This document shows positions 39,546 through 53,744 of a stretch of DNA of 64,000 bases, piece by piece. Positions within the stretch are counted from its first letter, which is position 1; every line of letters begins with the position of its first letter. The position numbers and the translations under genes are program-made. The notes under the pieces are model-generated. The model had not been told where the DNA came from, ran no database searches, and saw only the letters and a list, made by a program, of their open reading frames with translations. The DNA lies in assembly GCA_035221665.1 (NCBI GenBank), contig CM069133.1, positions 116,374,001-116,438,000 of the forward strand, read 5' to 3'. Source of the stretch: Okamejei kenojei. Taxonomy: Eukaryota.

Positions 39546-39562
39546 GCAGTATTTATTGCCAA

Positions 39563-40197
39563 GGGTGGCAAAGAAAGCTTTTGGCGTGCTGGCCTTCATC
39601 AGTGTAGGAATTGATTATAAGAAATTGAGATATTATGCAATGGCTGTACAAGATGTTGGTAAGGTTGCACTTGGAGTATTATGTTTGGATTTGGTCACCC
39701 TGCTATAGTTAAGATGCTATTAAGTTGAAAAGAGTGCAAAGAAGATTAACAAAGCTTTTGCCAGGATTCAAGAACTATAGGAAAGGGTTTTATAGGCAAG
39801 GATATTATATCTTGGTAGCAGGAGGTAGGGTTGATCTTATAGAACTCTATAAAACCACAAGGATAATAGAATGGGTAAAAAAAAAAGACACTGTGCATTC
39901 ATTCTAAGTAGGGAAATAAAGGTTTATTTTAAATCCTTGGGATTTAAGGTGAGAAGGGTAAAATATTTAACAGGAACCAGAGGGAAAACATAATCCACAC
40001 AGAGTGGGTTCAATATGGAATGAGTTGCTAGAGGAAGTAGTCGATGCAGACGCAATAACATTTAAAAGATGGTTGGAAAGGTACTTACATAGGAAATGGA
40101 CCAAACAAGGCAAATGGGGCTAGCTTACATGGGCCATCTTGTCCAGCATGACGGGTTTGGCCGTATGGGCTGTTTCTGTGCTGCACAACTCTACACC
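39563..40197 (+). mobile_element. Old host CR1, right half
   Basis: VAKKAFGVLAFI, KRVQRRLTKLLPG and DLIELYK fragments, followed by a decayed 3' UTR. Confidence 0.75.
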
Positions 40198-43100
40198 TCT
40201 AAGAGAAAACGATGTGGAATGACAAGACAATTGCTGATGTGGTTTCAACACTGTGACACGGATAAATTATTTGAATTATTCAAATAACAAAATAAGATGG
40301 TGGAAATTTGGGAGGCTAAGACTCTTTCAAGAACTTTGAAAAAATGTTTGACAGACAAGCAAAAAGTAAATGCTAAGTGATGAGAACAAGTAATGCATAT
40401 CAAGGTGTTAATGCCTTTAGCTCTTCCTGTGACCAATCTATATTCAGCATCAGCAAAGTCCTATTCAATTGAGCACCAGGTATGATCTAAGTAAATCCAT
40501 TTGATTAGCGTCTGTTTTTTTTAAGCTTCTTAGTGTATCAACTGCAAATAAAGGACTCTGCCACTGGTTTTGTTGCTTGGCTAAATACTAAAGGATCCAA
40601 GAGCTATGACGCAGTAAAAGTAGAAAAGTGCAGAGTGCGTTTTGCTGTATTATAAATAAGCTGAATTAAGGTTAAATATTTAAAAATATGATGCTAATAA
40701 GTTGGTATCATTGATGCTAATCATAATTATGAATTATGACCAGACACAGGATTTTGTTTTGTCCTATTTTTGATGGGATGTCACAAACCTAATGTTTATG
40801 CAGAAAAGTAATTACTGATTTGATCCTTGGGTTACTATATAGTCTTGTTGAGGATCCAGTTTCCATCCCACATCAAATGAAGCCAGAGTAACATTTGGCA
40901 CAGTACTTGTAGTCAATGAAGAGCTGCCTACACTTACCGATGACCACAGAAAAACCTTTAGCGGTTCCTCTATTACAAACTTGCAGTCCAGTCTGCTCCC
41001 TCAGTCACAGCATGGCCCTTGCACATCTCAACTTTAATTTGTGGATGGGTAAAGCACAAACTCCTTCGGAAGTCACCACTTAGGGAAAGCAAGTGGTACA
41101 CTTTCATGCCATCCTTGCAATCTGATTATCTAGTAATAAACCATCAACTTTGGATTTATGGAAAAAAATAATAATGGAAATGTTATATCCAGCATTCTCA
41201 GTCTCTGGAACAAAAAGGGCATCCCCACCTTTCAAGTCTTCATGTGGTTGGGCCATAACAGGAAACACCTACAAACATTGACAAGATTACAGTCACAACT
41301 TGTAAAAGATGGGACATATTCTGCATTTTTATTTTGAAAGGGTAGTTATACTATCCGATGCAAAACAAAATAATGGAGCAAGAGCCACATTTCTACGTTC
41401 TAATCATTTATCTTGCTACTACTGATATCCAAGATAAACGCTTCAACATATGACCAAGTCATCCAGCAACAGCTAAGTGAAATGAACATTGATCGGATGT
41501 CAAACACAAACCTGACGAGTATGCGTCTCTGGAGACCAACAGGTCAAGGCAATCACCTTGAACAGCAGAGTTCATCTAGTGCAGGCTCAGGGAAATACAA
41601 CTCTGATCACAAAAGTAGTTACTATTGCTGTGCCGGATATTGAAATCTTGAAAACAGATATTAAGGTTGATGATTTCTCGCAGAATCTTATTAAAATTAC
41701 GCATTGGAAGAATAATACATTTAAACTCTAGTTAGAAACTCAAGCCTCCCTAAACCCTTGTCTGTTGATAGCATCAAATCATTTGGAATTAAGTTACACA
41801 TCCCAGGAAGAGCCTAACTCATCACTGGATGGAAAGATTATTACAATTTAACTCAAAGTCCAAGGTTGGGAGAATATTTAATTTGAGATTCAAATTCTTG
41901 CCAGTAAACTGTGGAAAACAGAATTGGGGTGGGCTTTGATTTATGATGTGTTTTTCATCCAAAAGCACAGGTAGGGCATTCTCTCAGAATGTTTTCCTTC
42001 ATTAGATATTCTTCCCAACATATGTAAAATCTCATAATTGTTTTTAATGTATTTAATCAAACAAGTCTATGAAGTGCACACAAATAACGAACTTGCACAA
42101 AATCAGTTTTAGAGACTTATCCAATGAATATGATTAATTCATATAATATAAAATTACTTCCAGATTAAAATCTTTATGCAATCTTCATGTAATCTTTAGG
42201 CATTCAAGATTAAAGCATAGCCTCAACAGAACTTCCAACATATAACGTGAAATACAGGAAACCCTAATTATAACAGACCATAGGGATGGTGTCGGCAGCT
42301 CCATCCACTTGCACCAAAATCAGTTATAAAGGGGTCTGTTAAAATGAGGGTTTACTGTAATATGTTTTGGAAAGTAAAATTAATCTTAATTCATTTGCTT
42401 TATAATATTTACAATGCAAAAGATCTTGTGAATTCTAGAGAGGCTAACAGTTCATTACACCCAATGACGTTTACAGAATTAAATCTCTTTACCGCACTCT
42501 AACTCGAATCAATAACTCGAGAGGGAGGTTCAAAGCCATTGAGGTTTAATTTCTGTATCTTACTTAACTTGCAGGATAGACATGGTCCAACTGAACTGCT
42601 CCTTCAGCATCATTAAAGTATTAGCATGTTAATCAAGTCCTTCCTTTGCTTTTACTAATGCAGATCAAGATGTCAAATTGGACAACACCCAATCTCAACG
42701 CAGTCTAGTTCACAGTTATTACTCAAAAAAGGTTACTGTTTTTAGGCAATCATTCCTTGAAAAATTAATTTTAAAGACATTCTTCCATCCGAAAGTAGTT
42801 GAATTTTAGTATTGTATCGAAAAGATGACTGGAGTTATTCTACCATTAAATGAGTAATACAATGCAAAAACCCCCTAGATTTTCTGGTCAGTTTCATTGC
42901 TGTTTATCGGAGACTGCTATGTGTGAATAACGTGCTGTGTGCCTGCAACATTTCAACAGGTACATTTCAAATGTAAGGACGCACTTTGGGAGTGTGTAGA
43001 TGCAATTGTATCAATCTATTAGTCACATGATTTTAAAGCCTTGACCTGCTCTATCAAGATATAGATATTGGTTAATATAAGATATAATATAAGATATAAG

Positions 43101-43623
43101 ATATTGGTTTATATTTTGTTGGTGTAAATACATTACAAAGAAACTGAGAAATATCTAATTGCAATGTAATGTTTATAATCAAAATATTTTATCTCAATTT
43201 ACAATTACATCAGCAACCACAGAAATTCATTAAAGCTGCTGATTGCCTTAACACCTCTCCATTGGGGCAAATTTCCATGAGCAGTAAACAATTCAAGGTA
43301 GAAATTGATGCTTCAAAGTCAAAAAGTGCATTGTGACTACAGCAGATGATTAAGATAGCAAATGTCACTGTTGATGGAGAAGAGATGATAGAACATGTGC
43401 AAGAGAAAACATTCTATTTTTCCAATGCAACGGAGGCTTTAGTTGTGGAGGGGATGAAGAAGAGAAACACACTGTATCTCCAGGGGATCAGGAAGTATAA
43501 CTTACACCTCAACAGGGCAACAGGAGGAGTGAACACTCAAATATGGAAAATACATAGGTCTATCCATCATGTGTAAAACATTGAAAATAGGTGCAGGAGG
43601 TGGCCATTTGGCCCTTTGAGCCT

Positions 43624-43872
43624 GTAGGAAGGAACTGCAGATGCAGGTTTAAATAGAAGAGAAACACAAAAAGCTGGGGTAACTCAGCGGGTCAGACAGC
43701 ATCACTGGAGAAAAGGAATAGGTGCAGTTTCGGGTGGAGACCCTTCTTCAGACTCCGTATGTCTTCCAGTCGGAGTCTGAAAAAGGGTATCGACCTGAAA
43801 CGTTACCTATTCCTTTTCTCCAGAGATGCCGTCTGACCTGGTGAGTTACTCTAGCTTTTCGTGTCTATCTTC
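43624..43872. mobile_element. Palindromic element made of two inverted Penelope terminal repeats
   Basis: Arms at about 43656-43757 and 43771-43872 are imperfect reverse complements. Each is homologous to the Penelope terminus at 11570-11660. Confidence 0.8.
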
Positions 43873-45475
43873 AGACTATCTATTATGATTACCCCTTGGA
43901 TACCACAGGCAGAAGAAATCATGTACCGAGTACAGTCAAGTACCATAGAATTATTGAAGGCCACTTGTCTCAGTGCAAGTCTTTGCAAAAGTAATCCAGC
44001 TAATCCCTTGCCCCACAGCCCTGTAATAGTTTGCTTCCTTTAAGTAATTATCCTTGTTCCTGTTGAGCACTGTGACCGAATCTGCCTTGAGTAACCCTCC
44101 AGGTGGTGCATCACAGATTCTAATAACTCCATACATGCAAAAAATATATTTCCTTAGTACTTTTGGTTATGTTGCCAATCTCCTTCATTCTAGATCTCTT
44201 GGTTCTTGACCATTTCCCAAAGGGAATAGTTTCTACTCTCTCCAGGCCCTTTTTAATTTTAAATATTTCTCTAAGATCTGGCATATTTCCTGCCTTTCAA
44301 TTAATACAATCCCAGCTTCTAGGGGTAGGTTACTCATACAGTACAGTCCCTCGCCCCTGAAATCATTCCAGTAAATCTCTTCAGTACATTTTGAAGAGGT
44401 GGTTGTGGCACTCCACCATTTACCTCCCCCACCACCCAATCTCTCCATTCTTATTCTCCCTTTTGAAATGTGCCACTTTGGTGAATGGAGACGTTTCCAG
44501 TCATGGTACATCTTAAAAATGTAACAGTGAGAACCACATACCAGCACAATTCAGGGCACAGTGCACCACAGTATAGTTCACAACTCCGGCATGGCCACAT
44601 TCCTAAGCAGCCCACCAAATGAAAATGAACTGTGCTCTGCTGAAACAACATTTGCTACCTCTCACAGTACCTGCATGATATAAAAAATGTATGTTGCAGA
44701 AATAATCCAGAACCATAAATTCTAATGGTGATAATGACAATAAAACTGCTCCTGCTCTGCAGTAATAATTCAGGCTGCATCATAAGGCACATTTTGCACA
44801 GAATATCATTGCTAAAGCAGAATCATCTGCCACAACACATGCTATTTATTTGAATACTCCTGGAGGAAGGAAGGTTGAATAGGGCTACAGAAGAGGCGAT
44901 TGAATGGCCATTTTACCTACCAATCAAGGTAAACTCCACTCAAGTTGAACAAGGGACAACCCCTAAAGTTGAGGTCTACAAGTCAGCACTTATGAGTTTT
45001 CCTCGATTGGCTACATACAGTGCAGAATTCCAACATGCAAGTGTTACGCATGCTGGTTCCATCTCAAAATGGAAGTCAGTGCGAGTTGCATCAAAAATGC
45101 GCACATCAAATTGGAAGCAATTCACCACGATGGGTGCTCAGCAAAGAGTTCTAACGGTCATGGTATGAACAATTATTTCAGATCTTCTTTGAAACAATAG
45201 TTAATTGGTGCAATACCTATGAAAATATTAACCATATCTCTCAACAGCGATTTAATCATTGAATACCTGAAATAAATATGGTGCAAGTTTGATAGTTTAA
45301 ATAGTCTCTATCAGGTGATAAACTGGAGTTCTGCTCAAGTATAAAAAAGTCCAAATTGACCACAGACAATCTGAACTCTTCACAAGTGTGGGGACCTAAA
45401 TCTATTCATACCCAGTGTAAATCAAACCTGAGACCTGGTCAATTCACTAGGGCTTAGTTCTGAAAGCCAGAGGCT

Positions 45476-45752
45476 TTCCCGTGACCTGTGTGGGTTTTCT
45501 ACAAGATCTTCGGTTTCCTCCGACACTCCAAAGACGTGCAGGTTTGTGGGTTAATTGGCTTGGTAAATGTAAAGATTGTCCCTAGTGGGTGTAGGATAAT
45601 GTTAATGTGTGGTGATCGCTGGTCGGCGCGGACCCGGTGGGCCAAAGGGCTCGTTTCACGCTGTATCTCTAAATTAAACTCAACTAAACTAAAATAAACA
45701 AAAGCTTTTCACTGTACCTCGGTACATGTGACAATAATATACTAAACTAAAC
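45476..45752 (+). mobile_element. SINE core and 3' end with (AAACT)n tail, followed by a short LINE 3' end
   Basis: Reverse complement of the body of the SINE at 25942-26150. Confidence 0.75.
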
Positions 45753-48700
45753 TTCAGCCCATTCCATACTTAAATATCCTTTATTATATCTAGCTGCACA
45801 GTCAGCATTCTTTGGTATTCACTTTTGATAAGACTTTCAGCATTAACCCAGTTGTGTGGTACTCATTTTTTCCAGTTTAGGACAGGTATCAACAGCACTG
45901 GATCCACAGAATTGGGAAATTTGCAGAAATGTTTAATCCCTAAATTTGCTCAACCCATGCAATCAACCAAGTTATTGGCTGCTTGAGGAATTGATGGAAT
46001 CATGCAGTTTCTCTTAAATGTCCTACATAGTACGAATTTAATCCAAGCATTGTGCTTTCCTAAAATACTGAGAAGATTTTTAAATGGTTGTTGCCTTTCC
46101 TGAATGATATTAGACACTATTAGATCAGCAAAGTATTCCATTCCATAATTTTTGCACACAGCCACTTGGTCTTCATAGTTGTCATTGGATGTTGTTCTGC
46201 CAGTTGATATATTCAATGGCACATAACAGGAGCATGTGATCTGCATCATGGGATGCAGCCTTAGGTCAGCATATGAGTTTTCATAATCACGGTCTTGTGT
46301 CTAGGAACAAACATTATATTCCCAGTGGTTAGATTTTAGCTCTAGCTAGTGTTTTCTTCATTTAAAAAGGTTGCCATGGTATCATAAACTGCTGAAATAC
46401 AAATTCTCATTATTAATCTGCAGCTATTAGACTTGCCTACACAAGTCCACAATGTCGATATGTAGTGTTTGACATGCAAAATGCCCCATTCCTGAGGGAT
46501 CATAAAATGTAACTGCACAGTATATTCATCTACCATATGAAGAAATGAAGCGTGAAAGGCACAGAACAAACATAATTCACAATTTTTCAGGACTGGTTTA
46601 GATTCGTCCTACTTTGTGAAAGGTCATTAGCAGGAAATGAAGGTCACTCTTCCATTCCATTTCATCTAATTAACTGCCAATATCTTCCATGTGGTCACCC
46701 AAACTCCAAACAGTGCTTAAAGTAGCCCATTAAAAAACAACTAACAATCAAGCCATGTCGAATGCTACTATCAGCAGCAATCAGTGGGTTTCAATTTCCT
46801 CTTTTATAAAAAAGAGGAGCAAAATGAAGCACTATCAACACTTCAGATTGATTATTCAGTGAACCATTATCTACATCTTCACTCAGCAATTTGAATTTTA
46901 ATCAAAGCAAATGGAATAATTAACATTTCAAAGTATTTTGATACAATGAACAAAACAATAAGACTTCATGCACAAAAAACCCTAAAAAGATGGTACATGC
47001 AAGTCAACTAAAATACAATTTTTTTTTAAATTGTAATTGCCAGAACCAGCTGCACAGTTACAAATGAAGGAGATTCTGATGTGATAAAGTTGTTTCTCAC
47101 TTTTAACTTCAACAGAGAATACAGCACTCTTTGGAATGACCAAAAATGTCCACTAATAAAATTATGGACATAGGTATTTACAGAACAGCTGTGTTGCAGT
47201 TAAAGCCATATTAGTTACCGGTATTGGAGAGCAAGAATTTATCCTTTAGAATCAAAGATAACCCCTTTAAAAAAAAATTTTAAATGATTACTTCGTAAGA
47301 AAGTAGCCAATGCATAAAAATCTTAATCCTATTTGGAATCACTTTATTAAGAATTTACTGTACAACCACCATGTACAAATGTTTAAAACTCTTTTTTCCC
47401 ATTGGCCACCCATCTCATGCAGTTGGGAAAATAATTGAATTCTCAATGAGATGGCGCAAATGTTTCATCAGTCCAATACTAACTTTGGTCCCTCACTAAT
47501 ATCACGCAGTGTAGATCAGTGTCACTCATGTTATGAGTCATACTTTGTAGCCTCTTCCCTTTGTTCCTCAATCTTGAGTTATGTGTTAAGATTAAACTAC
47601 CTATGCTGTAATGCTTACAAAAGTCTTTGGATCTTAATCACTGTGCGTGAGTTAAGTTATTCCAACAACAGAGCACAACAACACACGCAGCTCTTGGGAA
47701 ATCGTGAGGATTGCAGGCCAAAATCCCTGATATAATTGACCACAAGATGTAGAAATGGTAGGAGGCAGCCATTTAGCTCAAAGATGCTTACACAAGATCC
47801 CCAATGGTGAAATGTGCTTAAAAATATTCAATCAAAATCCATGAGTTAATATTTCTGATTTCTAAAACAATACTCAGATTTTAAGAGTTCATCAAACATT
47901 CTCTGTGCTGGATGATAACAATTTCTTGCAATTATTTTATGGAACAATTTTTTTTTCCCCCCAATTAATGACTCTAGGAACTCTTTCAGCAGATGCTGCA
48001 AATTCTAGCACATTCGTATTAATCACCTCCAGAAATTGCAATTACCCTAAATCTTTTCGGCTCCTGCAGAGATCAAAATGTTATAATATCACCATAAGAT
48101 ATGCAAGTCTGATATAATGAGAACTATCACTAAAATTTACTGTAATGTTTCAACTGATCATTCACGAACATTTGTAGCAAAATGATAGAGATGCAAATGA
48201 GATATCTTCAACAAAGCAAATAATAATGAATGGTAAGCTGTACGCTTCGCCAAAGGGAACAAGTTGACAACTGGAGCAAAATGAAATAAAATTGCCTTTA
48301 TCACATTAATTCAAATTTTATTTTATACTGCTAATGTTTTTTTGTGACTAAAAAAATCTAATCACAGAATAAATACACATGATATGTGTATAAAATCATA
48401 CAATCCCACCAGGCTTGCATATATAATGCCTGGAAAGGCTGCCCTTTGGATAAGAACTCCAGAACTCAATCTCTCCTTAGCATGCCAAGTAGAGAGATAG
48501 TGACGGGAATATAATAATCTGAACTATTATTCCACTTTTCAGGGGAAACAAAACCGTTTAGAGGATTTTAATTGCACTGCCAAAGAATATCAAAATGTTC
48601 CTGAAGAACAAAGTATTAGCCACAGATAAATGTAATGTTAGATGTTCATATGAATGACAACATTTTTTTTAAAATAGGTGCACCCCTAATCATTCACGTT

Positions 48701-48952
48701 TATAGATTTTTCTATCCTTAATGTGATCTAGGACCTGATTTCATCAATGCACAACATTCAGCTGCAGTAGCTAGATTGAATTGAGCAATAATTCATGCCT
48801 GTATTTTTAAATTAAAACCGGAATTAAAAATTAATGGATCCCTTTACACCCGATCTCCCTCATTTTCAATGTTAAACTGGCTCCAGCAGTGGTGAGGAGA
48901 GTAATAAAATGGGTATACACACTGTAAGGGGCAGACTTTGAAGACCACGTAC

Positions 48953-49027
48953 CCCGATGATGGCGTTTAGCTCAGCCATGGTCACTTGCTTGGCCCGTTC
49001 CACTGCCTGCACCACTTGCTGTTGGTG
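48953..49027 (-). CDS. TLE4: TLE4 exon (equiv. exon 6), Q domain: [25 protein letters not shown]
   Basis: 75 nt, tttcag|CAC...GGG|gtacgt, phase 0-0. Not in the ORF track; read directly from the sequence. Confidence 0.95.
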
Positions 49028-49852
49028 CTGAAAGTGAATTTCAGAAAGCAAATAATGTCAGTTTCATTTGCATTCTGTCGAATTAAATCCTCCTTAAACA
49101 TAAGAGTGAAAAACTAACTGGTCAATGCCATATGTAATATTCACAGAACATATTTAACTGCTCAATCCAATCTCTTTTAAGTGGTTACTATGATAAACTA
49201 ATCTTTCCAATTCAAACTTAAAGGACAAACCATAACTGAAAGGAAAAAATACAAATTAGCTGTAAATCAACAAAATCTGCAATGTGTCAATTTTCTTGGG
49301 TTAAAAAAAAATAAGAAAAAGCTGAATTTAACCTACAAATAACCAAGACTCACAATAATGACCCACAACAAGCAACACTATATTATGTTATGAAAACCAT
49401 GGTACAAGTAAATTTGTGAAACATCATGGAAAATGCCTCGTTTTAATGTATTTCACAGCCAGAGATTGTTGAATAAATTGCCTTTGTTTTTTGCAGTATC
49501 AAATAGACAGATCATATATTGTACCTTCTCAGTAATGTACCTTCTGTAAATTCACAAAGGCTTACAGAAAGATCCTGTGTACCATGCTAACCACAGAAAT
49601 GTACTAATCTATACAATTAAATTAACTCGGGTACTGTAAGTATACCACAAGCAATACAGACTTTCAACAAATCACATGTTCTGTGGCACTTAGAATAATC
49701 TGCTGAAGCATAAATTCAAGTCCAAGTACCCTCATCCTTAGTATGCTCTTAAAGCAGCAAGATACAGTGAGCAAATCTAACTATGAGGTATAAGAAACTC
49801 AGAATGAAAAGTACACAATGTTATAACATTATTTAAATTCATAATTTAATTA

Positions 49853-50000
49853 TAGACAATGGGTGCAGGAGTAGGCCATTTGGCCCTTCGAGCTAGCACC
49901 GCCATTCACTGTGATCATGGCTGATCATCCACATTCAGTACCCCGTTCCTGCCTTCTCACCATATCCCCTGACTCCGCTATCTTTAAGAGCTCTATCTAA
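49853..50000 (-). mobile_element. CR1 3' UTR fragment
   Basis: Near-identical to 4358-4500. Confidence 0.8.
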
Positions 50001-50559
50001 GGTCAATATTTCAAAATGTATTACAATTAGTCATTAAATAAAGACTGGGGTCAACAATAATATTATGCAATTTGTCCACTGTATAACACCGTCCCAGTTT
50101 ACATATGAATTTAAGCCAATTAGGCAAGTTTTAAGCTCCCATTCCATGACAAGTTACCATTTTCAGATAAGGCATGGTGAAGAAACATATATTATATTAC
50201 TATAAATTACACAATTATTATATATAAATGAATGGATGATTCATAAGGATTCAGCACTGAAAATTACAGATAACCTAAAATAAATTTAGTTTCATACCAA
50301 AGTTGTCTAAGAAACAGTTCAACACACAAGAGTGTTAAGTTCCCATTGTAATTGTTCCCAGTGCATTTTTATTATTAAGGTTTTAAAGCAAGTGAAAGGA
50401 AGTAATGCCCATTTTGAGGTCTATTGTTAGATACTTTTCTGCGGGTATGAGTTAAAATAAGGAAATTAGCTCAAAAAACAAAATACTCCCCTGGACTAAG
50501 CCAAGTGCTGTCCACACGATCAACATCAAAATAAAATAACACGATAAGCTGGAACTTAC

Positions 50560-50622
50560 CTCCTGAGACAGAAAAGGAATGACCTGGGCACAAATGGCAT
50601 TGAGTCTCTTGACAATTTCAGC
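50560..50622 (-). CDS. TLE4: TLE4 exon (equiv. exon 5), Q domain: AEIVKRLNAICAQVIPFLSQE
   Basis: 63 nt, tctttcag|GCT...GAG|gtaagt, phase 0-0. Residues AEIVKRLNA match TLE4 rather than TLE1/TLE3 (TEIAKRLNT), compared from memory. Confidence 0.95.
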
Positions 50623-53600
50623 CTGAAAGACAAAAGAATATGTAGACCTTTGATCAATAGTGCAGTACAGTTGAAAAAATATATAATGGGAAAAACAAAA
50701 AGTGCTGGAGTAACTCAGCAGGCCAGGCAGTATCTGTGGACAGAATGGATTGGCGATGCTCAGACCCAAAACACAATCTGTCCATTTCCTCCCCAGATGC
50801 TGCTTGACCCGCTAAGTTCAGCCAGCATGTTCTGTTTTAATCTCAATTACAACTGAAAATAGAATGGACTGCAGACTTTCCTAATTGTGCAAATAATATG
50901 AAGTAAACACTGATAAATAGTCAAATCAGCAAAAATATTTTGTTTAATATCTAATTTCAGACTGAATCTATACTTGTATAAATGACTGGAATAAAATCTT
51001 GAGGAAAAACAGTGCTGCAGGAAATCAGTTGGCCAGGCAGCAGTGTGGAGAGAAATGGAAGACAATTTTTTAAAGTCAGAACCTGTCCTCATTCTGGAGA
51101 AGGGACCCAATCCGAAATGTCTTCTGTCGCTTTCCTCCCCAGATGCTGCATTGTTGAGTTCCTGCAGCATCTAGTATTTTTGCAACTGAAGTATTTTGGC
51201 TCCAACATAAAATCTTAATGCACTAACAATTAAATAATTATGCATATGTATTGAAATATAAATAAATGAGAACATTACATCAGCAAAAATCTGAAAATGT
51301 TGAACGTAGCTTTGACAATTAAATTTTAAATATAATTATATGGTTAGCAGATGAAACATTGGGACAGAAGATGATGTGCTTTCAGCAGTGAAGGTGAGCA
51401 GTCGAAATTATATGCAAATCTTACTTTGCAGTGTAGACAAGGATTTTAATCTGCAATAATTAAAATCTGCCAGAGGAACTCAATGAGTCAGAGAGTATCT
51501 GTGGAGGAAAATAGACAAGATTGTCTATCCTACTGAACAGTTTATTTTTTCCTCTCATAATTCCAGCATCTGCAGTCTTCATTTTAATCTGCAACTTGGG
51601 CAGGTGAGACCATTTGTTGAAAGCCACCGAGGTACTTAGAATCCCAACAATGGCATCATCATATGACATCATACAAGATAAACACTGCCACATACAAGAA
51701 TTAAAATTCACAAGATCATAAATCCTGTTTTCTGCCTCATGGTGTCATTATATACATTGGGGTCTGCTGTTTCCACTAGCTTACAATGTTTTATTCAGTA
51801 CAAACACGGCAAAATATCAACGTTTCAGTGCAAATTATGTACAAAGCAACACTGGTTTCTGTAATTTTTTGCATTCATCTATAACTCCAAGGCTCTCCAA
51901 ATAATAAAACACCACAAAACTCAGGTAAATCAGTTAATGTGGAGTACTTCTACACACTCCAATTGTTTTAATCCCTTTGGGGAGGCACTAAAAGTTAAGG
52001 CAGCCTTTCTAAGGTGCAAAGACATCAAATATATTGAGAATTAAAGATACATTGCAATTGAATTTTCTTTGCTATTATCCATAAATTTATTAAGCAATTG
52101 ACTGATGTGCATTGTTTTTACAGAATATTTTCCCTTAATTTCAACTGACTAAAATGGGTGAATACACTTGATTAAAAATATTTTATTAATAAACCAATTT
52201 TCTGTTCCTTTAATCCATTGGAAGATTGAAGCTTGATTTAGTTGTTTTGTTAAAAAAATAACAAAACTGTTTTTATTTTTTTCCCCAATGCCATTCAGTA
52301 TGTAACAAATAAGCAGAGTGAAAAATCAAAATCACAAAAATGGGAGCAGTAATGGACATATTTATACCTGCTTTGCTGTGTCCACTCAGTAGAAACTCTT
52401 CCCCCTTAAGATTGATGAAGAAACCTTTTCAACAGAATCATAAGTGCTTCAATCGGAGTACTCCAAACAATTTAGAAAATTGATAATTATTAAAGGCAAA
52501 TACAACAACATTCCTTAAATGCCCAGCTGACTGCTATTCTTAAATTACCAAATTAAACATACAGATTTAGATGTCACAAATTTATTTAGCAAAGATTTAT
52601 TGCATGCCATGAAAGAGGAATATATCCTGATGCCATTTTGTCTGTAACCAATATCAGACTTTTGGAATTATTTTATCCTGTGATCTTCGCTCCCATTTTA
52701 GGTCATCTTCAGAACCTCAATTAAGTTACAGCTTTGCATTTATTGAATCCTAGAAATTGCTGTAAAGAACACTACCAGTTTGTAATTTACATCCATATTG
52801 AATCTTTATCTGGAGCTATCAATGTTTATCCCACTTTTCCAGCCATTCTCTCCAACATTTGCAATTAATTAACCAATTTCCTTTTAAATGTTTTCATCAT
52901 GTTCAACTCTCCTATTTGTGGTTAAGGTATCCATCAACTTGCTGCATTAAAATATATTCCTATAAAACGTTTCTATTCTCTAATTAAGAGTAACATTAAG
53001 TTTTGCCCTGATTATTCTTTGATCTTACAACCATATCTTGAAAACCCATTACATGCTTCTTAATCTCTCTGTTCCATTTAAACAGCTCAAAGTTCTAAAT
53101 TAACCTTCTCCTAATTAATCTTTCCACATTGAGATCATCATTCCAATAAATTTGCAAAGTACCATTTTTATTGATCTTATGTATTTCCTATAAAGGAGTG
53201 TTCAGAACCTGAACTAATCAATTAACTTTGATCTATCGATGTTTATTATCAATGCAACATAACTTCCAATATGAAGAAAGGGAAAAGTACACAATGACTT
53301 TATTGACAATTACTTTAGTTCCTGGCCCCTAAGATTATTTTTCGAGCTGGTGCGGTGCTACGGACAGCAATTAAGAGTACAGAAACAGTAATTTGTCTCT
53401 GGTGCATATACTTGATGTCTCAAGTATTAATATATTCATCAATGGGGAAAAATGTAAATGGTAAACTCTGGTTTTGTGTTTCACCTTCTGATCCTCCAGT
53501 TATTAATTGGTCTCCTTGAAAACACTCCTTACCTCCCAGTACATCACTATCACGTTGTTCTCCTCTGCTGCTCGGCCCACCTTGTGTGCTGCTCATCTCT

Positions 53601-53744
53601 CTGTGCCGCAACACTAAACACTGCTCTTTTCCTCTCACCAAGTTATTTTTTAGCTTTTGCATTTTGACATTTTTACATTTGCATAAAAGGCCAGATTACC
53701 ATCTCAACACCACATACCACCCCGTACATATATTTCTGACAAAA

